64,000 bases of DNA from Alphaproteobacteria bacterium (GCA_965216755.1 CBDCGL010000011.1:3968001-4032000), one strand, 5' to 3'. Positions 41,037-53,184 are shown, numbered from the stretch's first letter. The notes: generated by a model from the letters alone, not told the origin. Numbers and translations: made by a program.

Positions 41037-42519
41037 CCTTGTGCAGAGTAACGCGATGGCAATGACTTCAGGAGTACGGCATGCAGACATTGTCGGCTTG
41101 ACGGCCGACAGCCGCCAAGTGCGGCCCGGATATCTGTTTGCCGCCCTGAAGGGCGTGCGCGAGGATGGCGCGGCCTACATCGACGACGCCATTGCGCGCG
41201 GCGCCACCGCCGTGCTCGGCGTGCCGGACGCGGTGCATGCTTATCGCGCCCGCCAAATCGCCGTCATCGCAGATCGCAATCCGCGGCGCGCCTACGCCCT
41301 GATGGCGGCACGTTTTTATCGCGCGCAACCGAAGACAATTGTTGCGGTCACGGGCACCAATGGGAAGACTTCTGTGGCAACCTTCGCGCGCCAGATTTGG
41401 TCGACGCTCGGCCGTCGGGCGGCAAGCATTGGCACCCTGGGGATTCACGGTCCGGGCATGACCAATCCCGGCTCTCTGACCACGCCGGATCCCGCTCAGT
41501 TACACCAAAACCTGGTTCGGCTGGCGGAAAATCGTGTCGACCACCTGGCGATCGAGGCCTCGAGCCATGGTCTGGACCAGCACCGTATGGACGGCGTACG
41601 TTTGACAGCTGCCGGGTTTACCAATTTGAGCCGTGATCATCTTGATTATCACGGCAATGAAGCCCGTTACCTGGCGGCGAAAGCACGCTTGTTCGAAACG
41701 GTGATGGCGCCGGGCGGTGTTGCGGTGCTGAATGCCGATGTCCCGCAATATCAATCTCTGGCCGAGAGTTGCTATGCCCGGGGCCATCGGATTATCGCCT
41801 ACGGGGCTAAATATGGCGACGGGACGCGGCGCGATTTGCGAATCGTGCGTCGCGAGACGAGCGCACGCGGCCAAGTGCTGTCGGTCCGCATCGGCGGTAG
41901 CCAGCACGTTATTGACACCAGTCTGGTTGGCGATTTCCAAGTTATGAATTTGCTGTGTGCTGTGGGGCTTATCATCGGCAGTGGCGAAGATGTTGGGGCA
42001 GCGGTGCGCGCGGCGGCTGGGGTCAGCGGGCCGACCGGTCGCATGCAATGTGTCACGGTGCATCCCAATGGCGCCGCAGTCTATGTCGATTACGCGCACA
42101 CGCCGGATGCTCTGCAAACCGTGTTGACCGCGCTCAGGCCACATGTTCGCGGCCAACTACATCTGGTGTTTGGGTGTGGCGGTGATCGTGATCGCGGCAA
42201 GCGACCGGTGATGGGTGAGATCGCGGCGCGTTTGGCCGATCGGGTTTTCGTGACCGACGACAATCCACGATTCGAAGATCCCAGCGCAATCCGGGCCGAA
42301 ATCTTGGCCACGTGCTCGAACGCCACCGAGATTGGCGATCGGGGCAAAGCGATCAGGACGGCGATCGCCGACCTGACCGGTGGCGATCTTTTGTTGATCG
42401 CGGGTAAGGGGCATGAGACCGATCAGCTTGTCGGTGATCAAGTTTTACCTTTTGACGACGCGGCCGTTGCGCGTGACGCGGTGGCGGCGATTGGCGACGG
42501 AAAACGAGCGGGAAGGTGA
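41023..42519 (+). CDS. murE: UDP-MurNAc-dipeptide:mDAP ligase
   Basis: TGTNGKT, EASSHGL, DYAHTPD, DNPR (mDAP-specific), AGKGHE. Confidence 0.97.
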   Translation: MQLTDLVQSNAMAMTSGVRHADIVGLTADSRQVRPGYLFAALKGVREDGAAYIDDAIARGATAVLGVPDAVHAYRARQIAVIADRNPRRAYALMAARFYRAQPKTIVAVTGTNGKTSVATFARQIWSTLGRRAASIGTLGIHGPGMTNPGSLTTPDPAQLHQNLVRLAENRVDHLAIEASSHGLDQHRMDGVRLTAAGFTNLSRDHLDYHGNEARYLAAKARLFETVMAPGGVAVLNADVPQYQSLAESCYARGHRIIAYGAKYGDGTRRDLRIVRRETSARGQVLSVRIGGSQHVIDTSLVGDFQVMNLLCAVGLIIGSGEDVGAAVRAAAGVSGPTGRMQCVTVHPNGAAVYVDYAHTPDALQTVLTALRPHVRGQLHLVFGCGGDRDRGKRPVMGEIAARLADRVFVTDDNPRFEDPSAIRAEILATCSNATEIGDRGKAIRTAIADLTGGDLLLIAGKGHETDQLVGDQVLPFDDAAVARDAVAAIGDGKRAGR

Positions 42520-44009
42520 TAACGACGGCGCCGTTATGGACAGCCGACGATGCGGTAAAAGCCACTGGTGGTTCAACCAGCGCGCGATGGTGCGCGACCG
42601 GTATTTCGATCGATAGCCGTACAATTAATAAGGGTGATCTGTTCGTGGCCTTGCCAGGGCCAAATTTTGACGGTCACGATTACGTCGCGGCGGCGTTTGC
42701 GCAGGGTGCGGCAGCGGCGATGGCGACCCGGCGACCGGCTGACATGGCCGCTGAAGCACCGGTGTTGATTGTGAAGGACACGCACGCGGCCTTGCAGGAT
42801 TTGGGGCGCGCGCGGCGCCGACAAACACAAGCACCGATGATCGCTGTTACGGGCAGCGTCGGGAAGACGGGCACCAAGGAGATGATGGCGCTGGCGCTGG
42901 GCACGCGCGGGCACTGTCACGCAAGCCGGGCGAGCTTTAACAACGATATCGGGGTACCGCTGACCCTGGCCCGTATGCCGTTGGCGGCGGACTATGGTGT
43001 TTTTGAGCTTGGCATGAATCACGCTGGCGAGTTGGCGCAGTTGACGCGCCAAGTTCGTCCACATATCGCGGTGATTACCACAATTGCCGCGACTCACCTC
43101 GGCCATTTTGCCAACGTTGACGCGATTTGCGACGCCAAGGCTGAAATTTTTGATGGCGTGTTGCCGAACGGCACTGCGATTCTCAATCAGGACAATCACT
43201 ATTTTGAACGCTTGCGCGCGGCAGCTGCCAGCGCCGGAATCGAACGCATTGTCGGCTTTGGCAGCGATCGTGCGTGCGCGGTTCGGCTCGATGACTATCA
43301 GCCTCAAGCCGGCGCAAATTCTGTGTCTGCACATATATTTGGACGACCGGTGCGGTACCGCTTGGCGGTTGATGGTCGGCATTGGGCGATCAACAGTCTA
43401 GCCGTTTTGGCGTGCGTCGCGGTTTTGGACGGCGACGTTGATCAGGCGGCGTCGGCGCTGGCGGCGATGACGGCACCGAGCGGGCGCGGTGCCCGCCATC
43501 TGGTACCCGTCGGCGAGGGAGATGTGACAGTGGTCGACGAAAGCTATAATGCCAGTCCGGCATCAATGCGCGCTGCGTTGATGGTATTGGCTTCAACTCA
43601 GCCAAGCACAAGCGGGCGACGGATCGCCGTGCTGGGCGACATGCTGGAACTCGGGAATGATAGTCGCGCCCTGCACGCGGCGCTTGCCGACGACGTGTCT
43701 GCGGCGAATGTCGACGTCTTGTTTACGGTTGGCGCGGACATGTGCGCGTTACGCAACACAATTGATCCAGCCAAACGTGGTGAACATGCGACGCGCAGCG
43801 AGGATTTGATTTCTGTTGTGCGCGAGTCATTGCGGCCGGGCGATGTGGTCATGATCAAGGGCTCGGCCGGCAGCCGCATGGGTGTGATCGTCGAAGCGCT
43901 GTTATCCAGCCCGAACGCGCGAGATAGTGGTGCGACCGACGCCGCGAAATCACACGCGCCGCAACAGACTTCTGCGGCGCCCGCCAAAACGGCAGTGAAC
44001 CCGCCATGA
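42516..44009 (+). CDS. murF: UDP-MurNAc-tripeptide:D-Ala-D-Ala ligase
   Basis: TGSVGKTGTKE, FNNDIGVP, ELGMNHAGE, DESYNASP, GDMLELG. Confidence 0.97.
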   Translation: MITTAPLWTADDAVKATGGSTSARWCATGISIDSRTINKGDLFVALPGPNFDGHDYVAAAFAQGAAAAMATRRPADMAAEAPVLIVKDTHAALQDLGRARRRQTQAPMIAVTGSVGKTGTKEMMALALGTRGHCHASRASFNNDIGVPLTLARMPLAADYGVFELGMNHAGELAQLTRQVRPHIAVITTIAATHLGHFANVDAICDAKAEIFDGVLPNGTAILNQDNHYFERLRAAAASAGIERIVGFGSDRACAVRLDDYQPQAGANSVSAHIFGRPVRYRLAVDGRHWAINSLAVLACVAVLDGDVDQAASALAAMTAPSGRGARHLVPVGEGDVTVVDESYNASPASMRAALMVLASTQPSTSGRRIAVLGDMLELGNDSRALHAALADDVSAANVDVLFTVGADMCALRNTIDPAKRGEHATRSEDLISVVRESLRPGDVVMIKGSAGSRMGVIVEALLSSPNARDSGATDAAKSHAPQQTSAAPAKTAVNPP

Positions 44010-44027
44010 GCAAAGAGGATCGCGCGC

Positions 44028-45116
44028 GTGCTTTACAATGTGTTGGTGCCACTCGCCGACGAGTTTGTACTGTTCAATTTGTTTCGCTATCTGACATTTC
44101 GCACGGGCGGCGCCATTATCACGGCGCTATTGGTGAGCTTTATCGCCGGGCCGACACTGATCAATTGGCTGCGCAGCCGACAGGGCACCGGTCAACCGAT
44201 CCGCGACGACGGCCCCGAAGGCCATTTGGAAACCAAGCGTGGCACCCCAACAATGGGTGGGTTTCTTATCTTGTTGGCGCTTTCGGTGGGAACCTTGCTG
44301 TGGGCAGACCTGACCAGCCCGTTCGTTTGGGTGGTGTTGTTGGTGACCTTCGGCTTCGGTGGTGTTGGTTTTCTCGACGACTATTTGAAGGTGACTCGCC
44401 AACATCACGGTGGCTTGCCGGGCAAAGCCAAGCTGGTCGTGCAGTTCGCGGTTGCCTTGATCGCGGTTCTGATCACCAGCCATTTGCTGCCGGCGGATCT
44501 GTCGCAAAGCTTGGCCGTGCCGTTTCTAAAGAACGTGCTGATCGATCTCGGTTGGGTATTCATTGTGTTTGCCATGCTGGTCATGGTCGGGGCATCGAAC
44601 GCCGTCAATCTGACCGATGGTTTGGATGGGTTGGCGATCATGCCGATCATGATCGCGGCGGCTTGCTTCGGTTTCATATGCTACCTGGTCGGCAACGCGG
44701 TTTTTGCCAACTACCTGCAGATCCACTTTGTTCCGGGCACTGGCGAGTTGGCGGTGTTTTGCGGCGCCTTGGTCGGTGCCAGTCTGGGGTTCTTGTGGTT
44801 CAACGCGCCGCCGGCGATGGTGTTCATGGGCGATACCGGCAGCCTCTCAACCGGCGGTGCGTTGGGCACGATCAGTGTTATCACCAAGCACGAACTGGTG
44901 CTGGCGATCGTCGGCGGCCTGTTCGTGTTGGAGGCGGTGTCCGTCATCGTGCAGGTCGCATCGTTCAAGCTCACCGGCCGCCGCGTGTTTCGCATGGCAC
45001 CTCTTCATCACCATTTCGAACAAAAGGGCTGGCAAGAGCCGACGATTGTGATTCGTTTTTGGATAATCGCGTCAATCTTGGCCCTGGCGGGCTTGGCGAC
45101 GCTGAAACTGAGGTGA
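44028..45116 (+). CDS. mraY: Phospho-MurNAc-pentapeptide transferase
   Basis: [35 protein letters not shown]. Confidence 0.98.
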   Translation: MLYNVLVPLADEFVLFNLFRYLTFRTGGAIITALLVSFIAGPTLINWLRSRQGTGQPIRDDGPEGHLETKRGTPTMGGFLILLALSVGTLLWADLTSPFVWVVLLVTFGFGGVGFLDDYLKVTRQHHGGLPGKAKLVVQFAVALIAVLITSHLLPADLSQSLAVPFLKNVLIDLGWVFIVFAMLVMVGASNAVNLTDGLDGLAIMPIMIAAACFGFICYLVGNAVFANYLQIHFVPGTGELAVFCGALVGASLGFLWFNAPPAMVFMGDTGSLSTGGALGTISVITKHELVLAIVGGLFVLEAVSVIVQVASFKLTGRRVFRMAPLHHHFEQKGWQEPTIVIRFWIIASILALAGLATLKLR

Positions 45117-45123
45117 CAACGTT

Positions 45124-46557
45124 ATGATTCGTGTCAGGGGGTATCAGGACGCGCGTGTGGTCGTGTTGGGTTTGGGTGTCAGCGGTCTGGCCACCGCGCG
45201 TGCTTTGGCGGCCGGTGGCGCCGACGTTGTGACGTGGGATGATTCGCACGAGATGCGGCAACGGGCGGCAGATCAAGGATTGGTCGTGCGCGACCCGGCG
45301 ACGATTGACTGGCAGGCGGTGGCTGCTTTGGTGCCGAGCCCGGGTGTGCCGCGCACGCATCCAACACCCCATCCGGTGATCGCCGCGGCATGTGCCGCAG
45401 GCGTCGACGTGTTGGGCGATGTTGAGCTGCTGGCGCGGTCAATGCGCAACGCCGGTTTTGTCGGCGTCACCGGTACCAATGGCAAATCGACGACCACGGC
45501 CTTGCTGGCGCACATCTTGGATGATGCCGGGCTGCAGATCGGTGTTGGCGGCAATCTCGGCGTTCCCGCGTTGCAATTGGCTCCGGTGCGGATTGGCGGC
45601 TATTACGTTTTGGAATTGTCGTCCTATCAATTGGACCTGATCGATCTGATCGAACTTGATGTCGCGGTGCTGCTGAACATCAGTCCGGACCATTTGGACC
45701 GTCATGGCGGGATGGATGGATATGTTTCCGCCAAGCGCAAAATATTTGGTCATCAAGATACCGGCGACATCGCCATCGTCGGCGTCGACGACGCTTATTC
45801 CCGCGCGGTTTACGATGATTTGGTGGGGCTGGGTCGCCAGCGCGTTGTGCCGATCTCGGCGACGCGCGCCGTTGACGGTGGCGTTTATGTCATCGACGGC
45901 ATCTTATTCGACGCCCGTGGCGAGCGCGTGCGGTCGGTTGCGGATTTGACAAGGCATGGCGCGTTGCCTGGCCGCCACAACTGGCAAAACGCTGCGGCCG
46001 CCTATGCCGCCGCGCGTGCCCTTGACGTGCCAGCGGACCGCATCGTCAAACTGATCGGCTCGTTTGCCGGTCTTGCCCATCGCCAGGAAGCGGTCGCCGC
46101 GATCAATGGTATTCGTTACGTAAATGATAGCAAGGCGACCAATGTCGTCGCGGCCGCGCAGGCTCTCGGTTGCTACGAGAACATTTATTGGATCGCGGGC
46201 GGGCAGGCCAAGGATGAACCGTTTGATCAACTGCGGCCGCACCTCGACCGCGTTGTCCAGGCGTTTTTGATCGGCGAATCTGCGCCCCACTTTGCCGCCC
46301 GATTGGCCGGCGACGTGGCCACGACGATCAGTGGCGACCTGGCGACCGCGGTTGCCCAGGCCACGGCCTGTGCTCAGGCCCAAGGTGAGTCCAACGCGGT
46401 CATATTGCTGTCGCCAGCCTGTGCATCGTTCGACCAGTTCAAGAATTTCGAAGCGCGCGGCGATGCCTTTAGGGACTTGGTCAAAGCGCTACCGCGGCGC
46501 GCGCCGTCCAAAGCGAAGCAGGCTATTGGTCGTGGTTTGACTCGGATCGCTGTATGA
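45124..46557 (+). CDS. murD: UDP-MurNAc-L-Ala:D-Glu ligase
   Basis: GLGVSG, TGTNGKSTT, ELSSYQL, NDSKATN, LSPACASFDQF. Confidence 0.97.
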   Translation: MIRVRGYQDARVVVLGLGVSGLATARALAAGGADVVTWDDSHEMRQRAADQGLVVRDPATIDWQAVAALVPSPGVPRTHPTPHPVIAAACAAGVDVLGDVELLARSMRNAGFVGVTGTNGKSTTTALLAHILDDAGLQIGVGGNLGVPALQLAPVRIGGYYVLELSSYQLDLIDLIELDVAVLLNISPDHLDRHGGMDGYVSAKRKIFGHQDTGDIAIVGVDDAYSRAVYDDLVGLGRQRVVPISATRAVDGGVYVIDGILFDARGERVRSVADLTRHGALPGRHNWQNAAAAYAAARALDVPADRIVKLIGSFAGLAHRQEAVAAINGIRYVNDSKATNVVAAAQALGCYENIYWIAGGQAKDEPFDQLRPHLDRVVQAFLIGESAPHFAARLAGDVATTISGDLATAVAQATACAQAQGESNAVILLSPACASFDQFKNFEARGDAFRDLVKALPRRAPSKAKQAIGRGLTRIAV

Positions 46558-47678
46558 GCCCAGTCCCGCGCACAGATAACAGTCTGGTTGGGCGATGGTG
46601 GTGGACCGTCGACCGATGGCTTTTGTCAGCGGTGATCGCGGTCGCGTGCATTGGCGCGTTGATGGTTTTGGCCGCGAGCCCACCGGTCGCGGAACGGCTT
46701 GAGCTGCCGCCATTTCATTTCTTTAGGCGCCATCTTGTCATGTTGGTACCGGCGGCGGCGATCATCTTCGGGGTTTCGATGTTGTCACAGACCGGTGTTC
46801 GCCGGTTGGCGGTGCTGGTCCTGGCGGTTGGGCTTGTGCTTTTGGCGATGACGCTGATCGTCGGCATAGAGATCAAAGGCGCAAGGCGATGGTTGACGAT
46901 CGCCGGGTTTTCGGTGCAGCCCTCTGAATTTGTCAAGCCGGCGTTTATTGTTTTGAGTGCCTGGCTGTTCACGATGCAACGCCGCTATGGCCTGTTTCCC
47001 GGTGATTTGGTTGCGGTCGCTCTCCTGGTATGTGTGGTTGGTTTGTTGGCTTTGCAGCCAGATTTCGGCATGGCGGTCACGGTGTGCGCGATTTGGGGGG
47101 CGCAATATTTCATGGCCGGCCTGCCCTTGCTGTGGGTGGTTTTGTTGGTCGCCATAGGGGTGGGCTCCGTTGTGTTGGGGTACAATTTGTTGCCTCATGT
47201 GAAAAGCCGCATCGATCGGTTTTTCGATCCGGCATCCGGCGACAGTTATCAAGTCGATACGTCGTTAAGGGCGTTCTCCAATGGCGGCTTGTTCGGTCGT
47301 GGGCCGGGCGAAGGCGTGGTCAAGGATATGTTGCCCGACGCCCACGCCGACTTCATTTTTGCGGTGGTTGGCGAAGAATTTGGACTAATCGCGTGCTTGG
47401 CGGTGGTGGGTCTGTTCGCCTTCATCGTTGTTCGTGGTTTGGCCAAGCTCAGTGACGAGAGCGACCTGTTTATTCTGCTTGGCGCTGGTGGCTTGGTCGC
47501 CCAATTTGGCTTGCAAGCCATGATCAATATGGCCGTGACGCTGCACTTGGTGCCGACCAAGGGCATGACGTTGCCATTTATCTCTTACGGCGGGTCGTCT
47601 TTGTTGGCTCTGGCACTGGGTATGGGCATGCTTTTGGCATTGACGCGCCGCCGCCCCACGGTGCGGGGGCCGTTATGA
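46554..47678 (+). CDS. ftsW: SEDS peptidoglycan polymerase FtsW
   Basis: GARRW, QPSEFVK, QPDFG, HADFIF, PFISYGGSS. Confidence 0.97.
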   Translation: MSPVPRTDNSLVGRWWWTVDRWLLSAVIAVACIGALMVLAASPPVAERLELPPFHFFRRHLVMLVPAAAIIFGVSMLSQTGVRRLAVLVLAVGLVLLAMTLIVGIEIKGARRWLTIAGFSVQPSEFVKPAFIVLSAWLFTMQRRYGLFPGDLVAVALLVCVVGLLALQPDFGMAVTVCAIWGAQYFMAGLPLLWVVLLVAIGVGSVVLGYNLLPHVKSRIDRFFDPASGDSYQVDTSLRAFSNGGLFGRGPGEGVVKDMLPDAHADFIFAVVGEEFGLIACLAVVGLFAFIVVRGLAKLSDESDLFILLGAGGLVAQFGLQAMINMAVTLHLVPTKGMTLPFISYGGSSLLALALGMGMLLALTRRRPTVRGPL

Positions 47679-48823
47679 GCGCGCGCCGACAGCCATCACC
47701 GGGGCGCGTGGTGATCGCCGCCGGCGGGACGGGCGGCCATGTCTTCCCCGCGCGGGCCTTGGCGCGTCAGCTTCGTGAGGACGGTTTTGCGTTAGCGTTT
47801 GTGACTGATCGGCGCGGCGCCCACTTTGGCGATGATTTGGCGGATGTTGCGTGCCATATGGTTGCATCGCGTGGCATCGCCGGGCGCGGCTTGCGTGGTA
47901 TGGCCGGCGGTGCACTGAGTATCGCGCGCGGCACCGTGCAGGCTTGGTTTCTGATGCGTCGATTGGCGCCGGATGTGGTTGTGGGATTTGGCAGCTACGC
48001 GTCGGTGCCGCCATTGATCGCGGCAGGCCGGTTGGGTGTCCCAACGGTGATTCACGAGGCCAACGCCATATTGGGACGCGCCAACCGTCTTTTGGCTCAT
48101 ACGGTCGACCAGATTGCCACGGCATTTGAGACGACGGCTGCCGTGCCGGCGCGTCAACGGCACAAATTGTGCGCGGTCGGCAATCCTGTCCGCGCGGAGA
48201 TCATTGCGGCGCGCGACGTGCCCTATACACCGGCCGACAACGACGGGCGCATGCGTATATTGGTCACCGGTGGTAGCCAGGGCGCGACAATTCTCGGTCG
48301 GACCGTTCCCGCGGCGCTGGCGCGGCTCGACGAACAATTGCGGCGGCGTCTGTTTGTGTCGCAACAATGTCGGGGCGAAGACCTGGAGCCGGCGCGCGAA
48401 ACCTATCGGAGCGCCGGCATTGCTTGTGACGTGGCGCCATTTTTCGATGATATTGCGGATCGACTGACGACAGCCCAATTGGTGGTGAGCCGTTCGGGCG
48501 CGTCGACCATGGCCGAATTGTGCGTGGTCGGTCGGCCGGCCCTGCTGGTGCCTTTCGCGCGCGCAATCGATGATCATCAAACAGCCAATGCACGCGTTTT
48601 CGCCGACGCGGGCGCCGGTTGGTTGACGCCCGAGGCAGACCTCATGCCGGATGGGCTGGCCGATCAACTCGGGCGCGTCTTGGGCGACTCACAATCCCTT
48701 GTCACGGCCGCGCAACATGCGCGCGCAATCGGTCGAACAGACGCCGCCACACGGCTGGCGGCCATGGTCGCCGGTCTTGCCGATAACGGCAATGATCGTG
48801 GTGGCTATCAGGAGGCGGCATGA
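47675..48823 (+). CDS. murG: Lipid II GlcNAc transferase
   Basis: GGTGGH, HEAN, GNPVR, GGSQGA, RSGAST. Confidence 0.97.
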   Translation: MSARRQPSPGRVVIAAGGTGGHVFPARALARQLREDGFALAFVTDRRGAHFGDDLADVACHMVASRGIAGRGLRGMAGGALSIARGTVQAWFLMRRLAPDVVVGFGSYASVPPLIAAGRLGVPTVIHEANAILGRANRLLAHTVDQIATAFETTAAVPARQRHKLCAVGNPVRAEIIAARDVPYTPADNDGRMRILVTGGSQGATILGRTVPAALARLDEQLRRRLFVSQQCRGEDLEPARETYRSAGIACDVAPFFDDIADRLTTAQLVVSRSGASTMAELCVVGRPALLVPFARAIDDHQTANARVFADAGAGWLTPEADLMPDGLADQLGRVLGDSQSLVTAAQHARAIGRTDAATRLAAMVAGLADNGNDRGGYQEAA

Positions 48824-50256
48824 CCAAGCTTCCCCTCGACATCGGTGTCATTCACTTCGTCGGCATCGGTGGCATCGGCATGAGCGGCATCGCCGAAGTG
48901 ATGTGCAATCTCGGCTATGCGGTCCAAGGCAGCGATTTGTCTGAGAATGCCAATGTGCAGCGCTTGCGTGCGCTTGGTGTGCCAATTGCCGTGGGCCATA
49001 GCGCGGAGAATATTGGCGACGCCAGCGTGGTCGTCATTTCGTCGGCGGTTAAAGGCGACAACCCTGAAGTCGCGGCCGCCCGCAAGCGGGGGCTGCCGGT
49101 GGTCCGCCGCGCCGAGATGTTGGCTGAATTGATGCGGCTCAAATCGTCGATTGCGGTGGGCGGCACCCATGGCAAAACCACGACGACCTCGTTAATTGCG
49201 GCGCTATTGGATGGGGCTGGCATGGACCCGACCGTGATCAACGGCGGCATAATTAACGCTTACGGCACGAATGCTCGGCTGGGTGGCGGCGAGTGGATGG
49301 TTGTCGAAGCCGATGAATCGGATGGCAGCTTTGTGCGCTTGCCGTCGACCATAGCCGTGGTCACGAACATCGACCCTGAACATCTGGAGCATTTCGGCGA
49401 CTTTGATGCGCTGCGCGTGGCGTTCCAATCGTTCGTTGAGAATATTCCGTTCTACGGATTTGCTGTTCTGTGCCTGGACCATCCTGAAGTGCAGGCCATG
49501 TTGGGGCGCATTATCGACCGGCGCATTGTCACCTATGGCTTGAGTCCACAGGCCGACATACAGGCCGTCAATCTGGGAACCGACAGCCTAGGCACACGGT
49601 TCGACGTGGCGATTGGGGCGCGCGGTCTGGGAACGGCGCGCGTCATCGAAGGATTGCGATTGACCATGCCTGGTCAGCACAATGTGCTAAATGCGCTGGC
49701 GGCGATTACGATCGCCGTCGAGTTGGGCATCGAAGACGACAGGATTCGCCAGGCGCTGGCGAACTTCAGCGGTGTCAAAAGACGATTTACCACGGTTGGC
49801 CAGGCGCGTGGCGTGACCGTTGTCGATGACTATGGTCATCATCCGGTCGAAATAGCCGCTGTGTTACGTGCCGGGCGCGAGCGCTGCCGCGGCACACTGA
49901 TCGCCGTTGTGCAACCGCATCGCTATTCACGCTTGCAGGATTTGTTTGAAGAATTCTCATCCTGTTTTAACGATGCTGATGTGGTTGTCGTCGCTGATGT
50001 CTATGCGGCCGGTGAACCGCCCATTGCCGGCATTGATCGTGATGCCCTGGTCGATAGTTTGCGTGCTCATGGCCATCGCCATGTCGTCGCTCTGCGATCG
50101 CCCGATGATCTTGCCGCGGTGATTGCCGGGCAATCTGCGCCGGGCGACATGGTGATCTGTCTCGGCGCCGGCAATATCACCCAATGGGCGCAGGCTCTAC
50201 CGGCCGCGCTGGAAGAAATCGATACCGCCGGTGCGGTCGGCGGTGGCCGCGCATGA
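48820..50256 (+). CDS. murC: UDP-MurNAc:L-Ala ligase
   Basis: [35 protein letters not shown]. Confidence 0.98.
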   Translation: MTKLPLDIGVIHFVGIGGIGMSGIAEVMCNLGYAVQGSDLSENANVQRLRALGVPIAVGHSAENIGDASVVVISSAVKGDNPEVAAARKRGLPVVRRAEMLAELMRLKSSIAVGGTHGKTTTTSLIAALLDGAGMDPTVINGGIINAYGTNARLGGGEWMVVEADESDGSFVRLPSTIAVVTNIDPEHLEHFGDFDALRVAFQSFVENIPFYGFAVLCLDHPEVQAMLGRIIDRRIVTYGLSPQADIQAVNLGTDSLGTRFDVAIGARGLGTARVIEGLRLTMPGQHNVLNALAAITIAVELGIEDDRIRQALANFSGVKRRFTTVGQARGVTVVDDYGHHPVEIAAVLRAGRERCRGTLIAVVQPHRYSRLQDLFEEFSSCFNDADVVVVADVYAAGEPPIAGIDRDALVDSLRAHGHRHVVALRSPDDLAAVIAGQSAPGDMVICLGAGNITQWAQALPAALEEIDTAGAVGGGRA

Positions 50257-51206
50257 ACGCGCACACAAACCGTGGCTTGATTGCACGCTTGCCGCCTGTG
50301 CGCGGGCGATTGCAGTCCGGTGCACCGCTCGGCAAACGCACTTGGTTTCGTGTCGGAGGCCCGGCCGAAGTGTTGTTCGTGCCAGCCGATCGCGATGATT
50401 TGTGTGCTTTTTTGGCCGCCAAGCCGGCTGACGTGCGGGTGACGGTGCTGGGCGTGTGCTCGAACGTTCTGGTGCGCGACGGCGGTGTCGACGGTGTCGT
50501 CATCATGCTGGGTCGCGGCTTTATGGACATCATCGTGGATGGCACAACGTTGGTCTGCGGGGGTGGCGCGCTTGATATTCAGGTCGCACGACGGTCTGCC
50601 GCCGCCGGCATTGCGGGGTTGGAATTCTTGTCCGGCGTGCCGGGCACGATTGGTGGTGCCTTGCGCATGAACGCGGGTGCTTATGGGCGCGAGTTGGTCG
50701 ATGTCGTCACTGCGGCCGAAGCGGTCGACAGTGCCGGTCGCGTTCACCGTTTGGATAAAGCTGATCTCGGTTTGAGCTATCGGCGTTGCGCGGCGTCTGA
50801 TGATCTCGTCTTTACTGAGGCCGTTCTTTCCGGTGTGCGTGGCAACGTGGCGGAGATCACCGCGCGCATGGCGGAAATCGACAATGCCCGTCAAGGGACG
50901 CAGCCGGTGCGCACGCGGACCGGTGGCAGCACATTCGCAAATCCGCCCGGCGACAAGGCATGGCGCTTGATCGACGCGGCCGGGTGCCGCGGCCTGCGCC
51001 GTGGCGCCGCACAAGTCTCTGAAATGCACTGCAACTTCTTGGTCAACACGGGAGGGGCCACCGCGACGGATCTGGAAGATCTCGGCGAAGACGTGCGCCG
51101 GCGCGTGCGCGATGAAACCGGCGTCACACTTGAATGGGAAATTCGGCGTGTCGGGCGTGCTTTGCCGACGCCTGACGCGGTGAAGCACGGGATGGCCGGC
51201 TCATGA
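50253..51206 (+). CDS. murB: UDP-N-acetylenolpyruvoylglucosamine reductase
   Basis: [37 protein letters not shown]. Confidence 0.97.
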   Translation: MNAHTNRGLIARLPPVRGRLQSGAPLGKRTWFRVGGPAEVLFVPADRDDLCAFLAAKPADVRVTVLGVCSNVLVRDGGVDGVVIMLGRGFMDIIVDGTTLVCGGGALDIQVARRSAAAGIAGLEFLSGVPGTIGGALRMNAGAYGRELVDVVTAAEAVDSAGRVHRLDKADLGLSYRRCAASDDLVFTEAVLSGVRGNVAEITARMAEIDNARQGTQPVRTRTGGSTFANPPGDKAWRLIDAAGCRGLRRGAAQVSEMHCNFLVNTGGATATDLEDLGEDVRRRVRDETGVTLEWEIRRVGRALPTPDAVKHGMAGS

Positions 51207-52117
51207 GCTTGCGCGTAGCGGTTTTGATGGGTGGGATGTCGGCGGAACGGGAAGTTTCGTTGGTCAGCGGCGCGGCAGTGATTGGCGCACTGCAACGGCT
51301 CGGGCATAAGCCAACGGCGATCGACATTGGTCGCGACGTTGCCGACAAGCTTACGGATTTGCGCCCTTATACGGATGTCGTGTTCAACGCGTTGCACGGT
51401 CGCTATGGCGAGGATGGGTGTGTGCAGGGGCTGTGCGAACTTCTGCGCCTGCCATATACCCATTCAGATGTCTTGGCATCTGCGCTGGCTATGAATAAGC
51501 CCATGGCAAAGATGCTGTTTAACATGGTAAACATACCAATTGTTGACAGCGCGGTTGTCACCAGAGATCAGTTGTTAGCGGGCGACCCGTTGCCGCGACC
51601 TTACGTGATCAAACCAATCAACGACGGATCAAGTGTCGGCGTGTCATTTGTTTATCCAAATCAAAGCACCCCAGTCACGACGGAACCCTGGCACTATGGC
51701 GAAAATGTCATGGTTGAACGCTACGTTCCGGGGCGTGAGTTGACCGTCGCGATGATGGGGGAGCGACCACTCGGTGTCTTGGAAATCCGGCCTCAGGGCG
51801 GTTTTTATGATTACGACGCCAAATATACTGAGGGCCGGGCTGAACATTTGATGCCGGCGCCGGTGCCCCAGCCGATTTATGAGCAGGCAATGGATATTGC
51901 TTTGCAGGCCCATCGGGTACTTGGCTGCCGCAGTGTGACCCGCGCCGATTTGCGTTATGACGACAGTGAACAGGGCTTGGGTTTGCGTCTGTTGGAGATC
52001 AACACGCAGCCCGGCATGACTCCGTTGTCGTTGGTGCCCGAGATCGCGGCTCATGCTGGCGTGGATTTCGACGCGCTTGTGGGGTGGATACTGGATCATG
52101 CGCAGTGCGCCGAATAG
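51203..52117 (+). CDS. ddl: D-Ala-D-Ala ligase
   Basis: SAEREVSL, LHGRYGEDG, GSSVG, FYDYDAKY, EINTQPGMT. Confidence 0.97.
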   Translation: MSLRVAVLMGGMSAEREVSLVSGAAVIGALQRLGHKPTAIDIGRDVADKLTDLRPYTDVVFNALHGRYGEDGCVQGLCELLRLPYTHSDVLASALAMNKPMAKMLFNMVNIPIVDSAVVTRDQLLAGDPLPRPYVIKPINDGSSVGVSFVYPNQSTPVTTEPWHYGENVMVERYVPGRELTVAMMGERPLGVLEIRPQGGFYDYDAKYTEGRAEHLMPAPVPQPIYEQAMDIALQAHRVLGCRSVTRADLRYDDSEQGLGLRLLEINTQPGMTPLSLVPEIAAHAGVDFDALVGWILDHAQCAE

Positions 52118-52141
52118 ACAACCAACGTTGACGGACATGGC

Positions 52142-53164
52142 ATGACCGCGCGCAAGAACAGAGCCGAAAAAGTCGTCGCAGAAATCTTTGACTGGCGCTT
52201 GGTGCGACCCGCACGCCGGCGCCGCCGTCAAAAACGCGGAACGAAGTCCTGGTTCGGCATCACGTGGTTTCGCGCCAGCACCGAGAAACTGCGCTGGCGT
52301 CCGGCTTCGTCACGGCGCGCCGGATCGGGGCGGCGGCGCGCCACGCGACGAACCAACCGACGTCAAGTTCCGTTTTGGCGGGCCATAGCATGGCGTCGCG
52401 TGTGCGTGATTGGCGCGACCGCCATTGTCGTCGGCGGCGTGATTGGTATGTGGCGGTCAGGCGCGATCGCATCTGCCCATGAGACGATTCAGGAAACAGT
52501 GGTCAGGCTTACCGCGGGCGCCGGTTTCACCGTTGATGAGATTTTGGTCGAAGGACGTACGCGGACCCCAATGACTGCATTGCGCGAGGCGCTTGCGGTC
52601 GATCATGGCGATCCGTTGATGTTATTGGATCCTGCTGCAGCACGAACGCGGCTTGAAGATATTGGTTGGATCGAATCCGCCGCTGTCGAACGACGACCAC
52701 CAAACCTGGTTTATGTACGCTTGGTCGAGCGCCAACCCATGGCGCTTTGGCAGCATGAAGGGCATGTGACGGTGGTTGACCGTGGTGGACAAGTGATTGC
52801 CGGCGCGATCGTTGACAAGCATCGGGATCTGCCCCTGGTTGTGGGTATGGATGCACAGACCACGGCTTCCGATTTGATCGATATCATGGCAACGGACCCG
52901 GGTTTGCGCGACAAAGTGGCGGCTGCCGTGCGCGTCGGCGATCGCCGATGGAATCTGCGCTTGGACAATGGCATCGATGTTCGTTTGCCAGAGTCCGACA
53001 TCGCCGCAGCCTGGGGAAAATTAGTTGACTTGCGACGTTCAGATAGGTTGCTGGATCGCGATATTACGGTTATTGATTTGCGATTCCCGGATCGAATTAT
53101 TGTTCGCGTGTCTGGCGAAGACTCCGGGCCAGAGACCGAGACGCAACGCGGTAGTGACGCGTAA
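52142..53164 (+). CDS. ftsQ: Cell division protein FtsQ
   Basis: TM followed by POTRA domain, ERQPMALWQ, RRWNL, IDLR; position between ddl and ftsA. Confidence 0.92.
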   Translation: MTARKNRAEKVVAEIFDWRLVRPARRRRRQKRGTKSWFGITWFRASTEKLRWRPASSRRAGSGRRRATRRTNRRQVPFWRAIAWRRVCVIGATAIVVGGVIGMWRSGAIASAHETIQETVVRLTAGAGFTVDEILVEGRTRTPMTALREALAVDHGDPLMLLDPAAARTRLEDIGWIESAAVERRPPNLVYVRLVERQPMALWQHEGHVTVVDRGGQVIAGAIVDKHRDLPLVVGMDAQTTASDLIDIMATDPGLRDKVAAAVRVGDRRWNLRLDNGIDVRLPESDIAAAWGKLVDLRRSDRLLDRDITVIDLRFPDRIIVRVSGEDSGPETETQRGSDA

Positions 53165-53184
53165 GCATGGTTTGATGAAGGCGC

